From an uncultured Thermococci archaeon (lineage in GTDB: Archaea > Methanobacteriota_B > Thermococci > Methanofastidiosales > B48-G16), in contig CAZQQT010000001.1 in NCBI GenBank assembly GCA_964595645.1, positions 239,745 to 303,744 on the forward strand: a DNA stretch of 64,000 bases, read 5' to 3'. This document shows, in pieces, positions 58,326 through 64,000 of the stretch. The notes under the pieces were generated by a model, which searched no databases, was not told where the DNA came from, and saw nothing but the letters and a program-made list of their open reading frames with translations. Within the stretch, counting starts at the first letter, position 1. The number at the start of each line of letters is the position of its first letter. The position numbers and the translations under genes are program-made.

Positions 58326-59154
58326 GCGAATTCTTACAACTTTGACGAAACGGGAGCTTTTCTCAGGGGTATACAGTCTCAGCATCTACTTTGTGATTTT
58401 TATTACAACTATCATCGCATCGATATTTTTTTACAGCTTTCTCAGTACACTAGAAGATGGTATACTCACAGGGACGCCGCTTCTCACCGTGTTTATCTTC
58501 TCCGTGATACCGATCTCCGGGTTGTACTTCGGTGTCTCTGCTGTGACATCTATTGCCAAGGAACGGAGTGAGAAGACGATCGAGGTACTTTTTTACGGTC
58601 CCGTCTCAGAGGAATCGTACATCCTCAGCAAGTATATCAATAAGATGGCACTCTTCTGTTACTATCTGTGTTTCATCATTGTCTTTTTTGTATTTTCAGA
58701 TCGGTTCATCTACCTCGGACTGGATTTAGCGTTTTTTAAAGCGTGCGTTCTATCCGTACTCATTATCTCCTGCGCCATCTCCTTTGGCATTTTTCTCTCG
58801 ACTCTCGCACCCTCGGAGAATATGGCCATTGTGATACTGATAGGGTTCTACGTCCTTATGGGAGGACTCCTCGCCTTTGAGAGTATGTTGATGCTTCCAA
58901 CACAGGGGGGTATCAGTATTATTCAGGATGTTTTTTTAAAGATCATTGAGTACTCACGATGGATAGATCCAATCCATTACTTTTCCATGGGTATCTCGGC
59001 TGTTCATACTGGAGGAACGAAAATGCTGGATTTCACCCTCTTTACGCTCACTGTGGATAGATACCTTCTCAGTGTTGTGGAGTCAGTGGTGTACAGCGTT
59101 GCGATGATTGTAGCCTCTGTAATCTCTCTCAAGATGAAGGGGGTGAAGGGATGA
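58318..59154 (+). CDS. ABC-2 permease
   Basis: KREL, SIAKERSEKTIEVL..PV...ILSKY and multiple TM helices. Confidence 0.87.
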   Translation: MNKRILTTLTKRELFSGVYSLSIYFVIFITTIIASIFFYSFLSTLEDGILTGTPLLTVFIFSVIPISGLYFGVSAVTSIAKERSEKTIEVLFYGPVSEESYILSKYINKMALFCYYLCFIIVFFVFSDRFIYLGLDLAFFKACVLSVLIISCAISFGIFLSTLAPSENMAIVILIGFYVLMGGLLAFESMLMLPTQGGISIIQDVFLKIIEYSRWIDPIHYFSMGISAVHTGGTKMLDFTLFTLTVDRYLLSVVESVVYSVAMIVASVISLKMKGVKG

Positions 59155-59621
59155 ACAGAAGCATCGTTATTGTTGTCGTCGTGGTATTCCTGTGCTTTTC
59201 GGCCACTGTTGCAGAGGAACGAGTGGTCTATACTATTCATCCTATGGAGGAGACGCAGTATCCTGCTGCAACGACTACTACTCACGATCTCATTCTCTCC
59301 ACCCACGAAACAATCGATATACGCTATAGACTCGAGGAAAAGATTATTCTAAAATTCGGCATCGAACAGTGGAAACCTGTGGAAGGTACACGTTCTTACG
59401 TTATGGTCATTGATGGAACACAGGTGGAAACCATGCCGATCACGCTCCGGAAAGGAGAACACTCATTGTATCTCGTAGATGAGAACGGAGAGAAAGTGAA
59501 ATACAGCGAACGTACAATCAAAATTGTAGATCACGGAAGTTCCGTCCCTTCATTTGCGCTGGCGCTGGTATACTTCGGGATCGGGCTCGCGATTGTCTAT
59601 AGAAGAAAGATAAAAAAATGA
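59151..59621 (+). CDS. Small secreted protein with C-terminal TM anchor
   Basis: Signal peptide, beta-rich core, VPSF + TM + RRKIKK. Translationally coupled to the permease. Confidence 0.65.
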   Translation: MNRSIVIVVVVVFLCFSATVAEERVVYTIHPMEETQYPAATTTTHDLILSTHETIDIRYRLEEKIILKFGIEQWKPVEGTRSYVMVIDGTQVETMPITLRKGEHSLYLVDENGEKVKYSERTIKIVDHGSSVPSFALALVYFGIGLAIVYRRKIKK

Positions 59622-59625
59622 GAGA

Positions 59626-61632
59626 TTATTTTTTCAGGTACCGATCAAACCAGCGTTGTATATGCTTTAACCGTTCGATACGTCTATCCGTCCGACCTCC
59701 GCGCGAGAGGCCGTGGGGTTCGTCAGGGAACCGCACCATCTCCGTATCAACACCCAGTATCTTGAGTGCGATGAACGCCTGTTCCCCCTGCTCAATAGCG
59801 CATCGGAGATCATTTTCACTGTGGATCACGAGTGTGGGCGTCGTTGCGTTGCCTATATATTTCATTGGCGATTGTTGCCAGTAGTTGTCAAGATTTTCCC
59901 AGGGAGGATTCTTCCCAAACTCATTTTGGAACGCCCAGTTAAAATCACTGGATCCCCACATACTGATAAGGTTACTCACACTTCGTTGAGTCACCGCCGC
60001 CTCAAACCGATCGGTGTGCCCAATGATCCAGTTGGTCATGTAGCCGCCGTAGCTCCCTCCGGTCACACCCATTCTCTCTGTATCGATGTACGGTTTTTGC
60101 GCGATATAGTCTGTCCATGCCATTAAATCTTCATAATCTACCGTTCCCCAGTTGTTCCAGATAGATTTCGCGTGTTCTTCGCCATACCCCTGACCGCCGC
60201 GCGGGTTACAGAAATAGACTACGTAGCCTTGAGCAGCGAGGTAGTAGAACTCATGCATGAAGAAGTGACCGTACTGCACCCGTGGCCCACCATGGATTTC
60301 GAAAATTGAGGGGTATGTCTTGGTATCGTCGAATCCTGGAGGCGTGAGAATCCATCCTTGGAGTTTATTACCGTCTGCTCCTTCGAACCAAACCTCTTCA
60401 ACCTCACCGAGATCGAGGCTGTTGAGCAGTTGCCCATTTATTGCTGTCAGCCGACGGGAGTTCTCTGAATCCATCTCCCGGACCCAGATCTGTCCAGGAT
60501 CCTTCATATCTGCATGAAAGTACGCCAGCCGTGAGGCGTCATCGTCCAAAGTGTAGGATCCCACCACACCGGTGTCGTCGATAACATTGTCCACCGATCC
60601 ATCCAGTGTCACCGATTTGAGCACGGTGCTGCCATGGTGAGCAACTTGAAAGTGAATCTTTTGTGAATCAGAGGACCATGTCGGCGGCATCATTTCTGGC
60701 GCACCTGGAAGATCGTTGATTACCCAACTGGAGACATGAAAGTCATACTGTGCTGTGAGGTTCCGTGCTTCACCTCCTTCTGCAGGCACAGCCCATACGC
60801 GCGTGAGTTTCCAGGGGACATTCTTTTCTTCATAACCGAAGTATGCGATCCATTTTCCATTGGGAGAAAATCGGGGATTGTTCTTCGGACCCACTGGTGC
60901 CTCGATCTTTTCGAGTTCTCCTCCTTCTGAGGAAATAACGTAGATATCTATCGCATCGGGATCGAGATCAGGATTTTCACTTCTGTTTGAGCAGCACACA
61001 ATTTTTTTATCGTCGGGTGACCAGCTCGGTTCCACCTCGTCGTAGATCTCGCTATCTGTGAGCTGCTGCGTTTCTCCTGTGCCCGTGTCAACGGTCCAGA
61101 GGTGCCAGCGTTCCTTTGGCAGGTACCCTCTTCCATCTTCCTTGTAAAAAACTCGTGTAATGTGACGGGAAACAACACCCAATTTTTTCTTCTGCTCATC
61201 TTTCTCTCTTTCTATTGCTTCTTTATCTTTCTTACGGAACTGAAAGGCAATTTTCTTTCCATCGGGCGACCATTCGAATGTTTCGTACTCGCCTTTGAGG
61301 TCTGTGAGTTTCTCGGCTTCACCGCCTGAGAAGGGGATGATGTAGATCTGCGGCTGGTCTTCATCCTCCCGATTGGAGAGAAAAGCAATCTCACTTCCAT
61401 TGGGTGACCATCGTGGATGTGTATCTGCATAGTCTCCATGAGTGAACTGTCGAGCAGATCCACCGTTGGTAGGGACGATCCACAGATCAGCGTACTTTTT
61501 TTCCGTATCTTTGTCCACTCGTTGTACTGAAAAGATCACATGTGTGCCATCGGGCGATATTCGGCAGTCAGAAATCAATTTCATCGTGTAGAGATCTTCT
61601 GCTGTAATACATCGTTTCTCATTAGACGACAT
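59626..61632 (-). CDS. S9 family acylaminoacyl/dipeptidyl peptidase
   Basis: WSPDG beta-propeller repeats, IHGGP, GGSYGG (Ser), HSENDLRC (Asp), EPHG (His). Start set to ATG 61632. Confidence 0.94.
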   Translation of the reverse strand: MSSNEKRCITAEDLYTMKLISDCRISPDGTHVIFSVQRVDKDTEKKYADLWIVPTNGGSARQFTHGDYADTHPRWSPNGSEIAFLSNREDEDQPQIYIIPFSGGEAEKLTDLKGEYETFEWSPDGKKIAFQFRKKDKEAIEREKDEQKKKLGVVSRHITRVFYKEDGRGYLPKERWHLWTVDTGTGETQQLTDSEIYDEVEPSWSPDDKKIVCCSNRSENPDLDPDAIDIYVISSEGGELEKIEAPVGPKNNPRFSPNGKWIAYFGYEEKNVPWKLTRVWAVPAEGGEARNLTAQYDFHVSSWVINDLPGAPEMMPPTWSSDSQKIHFQVAHHGSTVLKSVTLDGSVDNVIDDTGVVGSYTLDDDASRLAYFHADMKDPGQIWVREMDSENSRRLTAINGQLLNSLDLGEVEEVWFEGADGNKLQGWILTPPGFDDTKTYPSIFEIHGGPRVQYGHFFMHEFYYLAAQGYVVYFCNPRGGQGYGEEHAKSIWNNWGTVDYEDLMAWTDYIAQKPYIDTERMGVTGGSYGGYMTNWIIGHTDRFEAAVTQRSVSNLISMWGSSDFNWAFQNEFGKNPPWENLDNYWQQSPMKYIGNATTPTLVIHSENDLRCAIEQGEQAFIALKILGVDTEMVRFPDEPHGLSRGGRTDRRIERLKHIQRWFDRYLKK

Positions 61633-61701
61633 AGCTCTGTATCTACTGTACACGTTATAAAGTTTTTTATGGCAAAGAAGAGAAAAAAGATTGAGAAAAA
61701 A

Positions 61702-62682
61702 TTACCTGTAGCAGGATTTTTCCTTTTCAATCCCCAATGATTTGTCTGTCTCGTATATTGCGTCCCACTTCTCCTTCTCACCGAGCATCGCTTTGATACA
61801 GTCCATATTCTCCGGAATCACGATGGATTCTTGGTGTACCGTGTGGATCCAGTACGCGATGCCGTCGTCGACGCTGATGGACTCTTCAAAGACTGCTACC
61901 TCCTGCATATCGTACCGTTTCCTTCCGAAGTCTCTGAACCGTTCCATCACGTGTGCGGTCGAGGTGTAACCGGACAACAGTGTAATCCTCGGCGTTTTCT
62001 CGAAGATCGCTTTTAACTCTTCCGCTTCTAGATCCTCTGATAGTTCCAGCCGCACGGTGTGAAGGTGTGCTAATGTGGTTGGTACCTTGACCGCCATTGT
62101 CTGGATGTCAATGTCTGGGATCACTGTGTTGAGATCGGGCCCATGGTGTGACGGTACCTTCAGTACAGGGACAATCGCGTTGACCGGTCCTCGTTTTGCG
62201 TCCCAGGGATCGGCAGCTCTCCGGACCAGTGTCACAAACACGCTGTCCATGTACTCACGAAGCGGAGTGAGCGTCCGTACGAGCGATGTCGTGTTACATG
62301 AGACCACTCGTGCCCTCTCCTGTCCAATGGCCTCCTCGTAGTTTCCGAGCGATGAGAACGAAAAGTTGGTGAGCTCGTGGTCCTCTCCCCCTTGAACGAT
62401 CACCTTGACGTCATTGTAATGCGGAAAGTTCTTTTCGGGGATCCCTTTGGAGGTGCAGTCTGCAACGACATCACACTCCTGTACGAAGTCGTCGAAGTCT
62501 CCGTGAACGTCGAGATCGATATCTCCCGCCATTGAATAAAACGGGTAGTCATTCTCAATTGCCACATCGAGCTTCGGGGTGTACCGCCTTACCGCAATTG
62601 CGACATCGAATCCGCAGGCAAGCGATGCATCCACAATTCGTTTACCGATCGTTCCGTAACCCACAACTCCTACCGTTGTCAT
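61702..62682 (-). CDS. gap: Type II (archaeal) glyceraldehyde-3-phosphate dehydrogenase
   Basis: GYGTIGKR, QGGE, VVSCNTT, RRAADP, PSHHGPD, HQESIVIPEN. Confidence 0.95.
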   Translation of the reverse strand: MTTVGVVGYGTIGKRIVDASLACGFDVAIAVRRYTPKLDVAIENDYPFYSMAGDIDLDVHGDFDDFVQECDVVADCTSKGIPEKNFPHYNDVKVIVQGGEDHELTNFSFSSLGNYEEAIGQERARVVSCNTTSLVRTLTPLREYMDSVFVTLVRRAADPWDAKRGPVNAIVPVLKVPSHHGPDLNTVIPDIDIQTMAVKVPTTLAHLHTVRLELSEDLEAEELKAIFEKTPRITLLSGYTSTAHVMERFRDFGRKRYDMQEVAVFEESISVDDGIAYWIHTVHQESIVIPENMDCIKAMLGEKEKWDAIYETDKSLGIEKEKSCYR

Positions 62683-62719
62683 ACTATCCTACCCCTCTGT
62701 CAGTATTTAAAGATAGTGG

Positions 62720-63841
62720 TTATGTGACGATTTCCTCCAGTCTGCCCTGATCGAGAGCATTCTGGATTTCTATTGCAATCCGCTCACCGTAACTTATGGA
62801 CTCGCCGTACATGTAGCCGGTGTGGGGGGTGAACCGTGTGCCCGGGCTTCCCGGGATCCTCATTGACACATCGAAGATCACGGATTCTTCCCGTCCCTTA
62901 TACGCGGCCACCGCGCCCTGAAGCGCGAAGGGACCGATAATTCCTGGCGGATGCTCTTCTTTTGTAGTCTCCACGAACTTCTCTCCGAGCGTGAATATCT
63001 TCTCGATGATTGACTCTTTAGTGGTTACTGCGTAGTGGCCCGTCTCTACGAGTTTTACATCGATATATTTGAGGATTTCCAGCTGCTCAGTCGCAGGTAG
63101 CCGCAGAATACCATCGAGGTTCGTCTGTCTTCGGGTATCCGTTCCCATTATCTCGAGTTCATCGTCGATTACGGAGTAGAAGTAGTTGTAGTTCACCGGA
63201 GCGCCAACGACGTACTCCTCGATCACTGCGTCGTCGAGGTTCTCTTCCGTGATCATACCCTTCTCCAAGAGTTCCTCCGCTTTTTCTTGGTAGTCTTCAT
63301 AGGACGCTGCGTAGAAAAACGCCCGTTCGTATCCCCGTATAGCCTCGCTCGCCTTGACAATCACGAGTCTGTCGATATCTTCAGGAGACTCGAATATCTT
63401 GGGCATCCGTATTCCTGCTTTTTTTAGAAGGTAGTACTGATTTTTCGGTACATCACGTTCTTCGAGTTTTAACATCGTCCTTGTACCGAAGATAGGGACT
63501 CTGAAATCATTTTCAATTTCATTGAAATCACAGTAGACCCAGAAGTATCGGTTGTGGATGAATATCGTGTTTCTATCTCGGAGTTCTTCCTGTACCGTGA
63601 CAACATCTTTGAACTTATCCAGTACGATAGTGTCGTCGATACATCCCCCCTTCTCACGTGTCCTGTAGTAGTTGGTGTACGTTTTTTCTCTGCCCCGCTG
63701 ACAGACTGCGAGGGTGTTGAACCCGTACATTTTCGCGCCGCGGCAGACGTCCAAGGCTGAGTGTCCGCCGAGCACACCGATGGTGATATCGTTCAGATCG
63801 TAGCCCTCTACTGTTTCCTGTGCTTCTTCCTGTGTTATCAT
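62720..63841 (-). CDS. purP: PurP (FAICAR synthetase) family ATP-grasp protein
   Basis: GGHSALD, ERAFF, IEEY, DTRRQTNLDG, GIIGPFALQ, RIPGSPG. Start set to ATG 63841. Confidence 0.88.
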   Translation of the reverse strand: MITQEEAQETVEGYDLNDITIGVLGGHSALDVCRGAKMYGFNTLAVCQRGREKTYTNYYRTREKGGCIDDTIVLDKFKDVVTVQEELRDRNTIFIHNRYFWVYCDFNEIENDFRVPIFGTRTMLKLEERDVPKNQYYLLKKAGIRMPKIFESPEDIDRLVIVKASEAIRGYERAFFYAASYEDYQEKAEELLEKGMITEENLDDAVIEEYVVGAPVNYNYFYSVIDDELEIMGTDTRRQTNLDGILRLPATEQLEILKYIDVKLVETGHYAVTTKESIIEKIFTLGEKFVETTKEEHPPGIIGPFALQGAVAAYKGREESVIFDVSMRIPGSPGTRFTPHTGYMYGESISYGERIAIEIQNALDQGRLEEIVT

Positions 63842-64000
63842 ACTGTCTACTCTCCTCACATCTTAAAAAATGTACTGTTCTTGTGGAGTAGTTGACCTCG
63901 ATAGAGAGGGTACGTTCAAACCACACTAACAATATTACATCATTCCAGGCATTTTCACTACCAAATCTGCAAATATTCTACCATACTCACCAAAACCTTT

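Overview
This is archaeal chromosomal DNA. It carries S28e/L24e/S6e, aIF5B, aIF2-gamma, type II GAPDH, PurP, isopentenyl phosphate kinase, Thermococcales/Methanococcales-type S-layer proteins, BRE-TATA promoters and GGTGA Shine-Dalgarno motifs. A Thermococci-related lineage such as Theionarchaea or Methanofastidiosia is my inference, not a database result. The window is mostly housekeeping: a translation operon, nucleotide and amino-acid metabolism, peptidases (three M42/TET, TldDE, S9) and transporters (ABC-2, GDT1, Trk, FeoAB, ECF-S). I found no tRNA, rRNA, CRISPR array, transposase or integrase. Most notable signals: (1) an unannotated, highly structured non-coding element at about 54877-55190 upstream of feoAB. 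It folds by hand into a 5-way junction, and one 38/39-nt arm is repeated 184 nt downstream with a compensatory base-pair change. (2) Two tandem Cys-rich S-layer paralogues with a conserved scaffold, non-alignable variable loops, identical DNA tracts and long structured 5' leaders. One leader has switch-like alternative pairings over the ribosome-binding site. (3) A perfect 154-bp tract shared by two otherwise diverged M42 peptidase genes. (4) An S6e fused to a charged linker and a helix-hairpin-helix domain. (5) A stand-alone Lrp RAM domain divergent from an unannotated 58-aa winged-HTH ORF. (6) Two frameshifted genes, a methyltransferase and trkH. All structures and alignments were done by eye and need computational confirmation.
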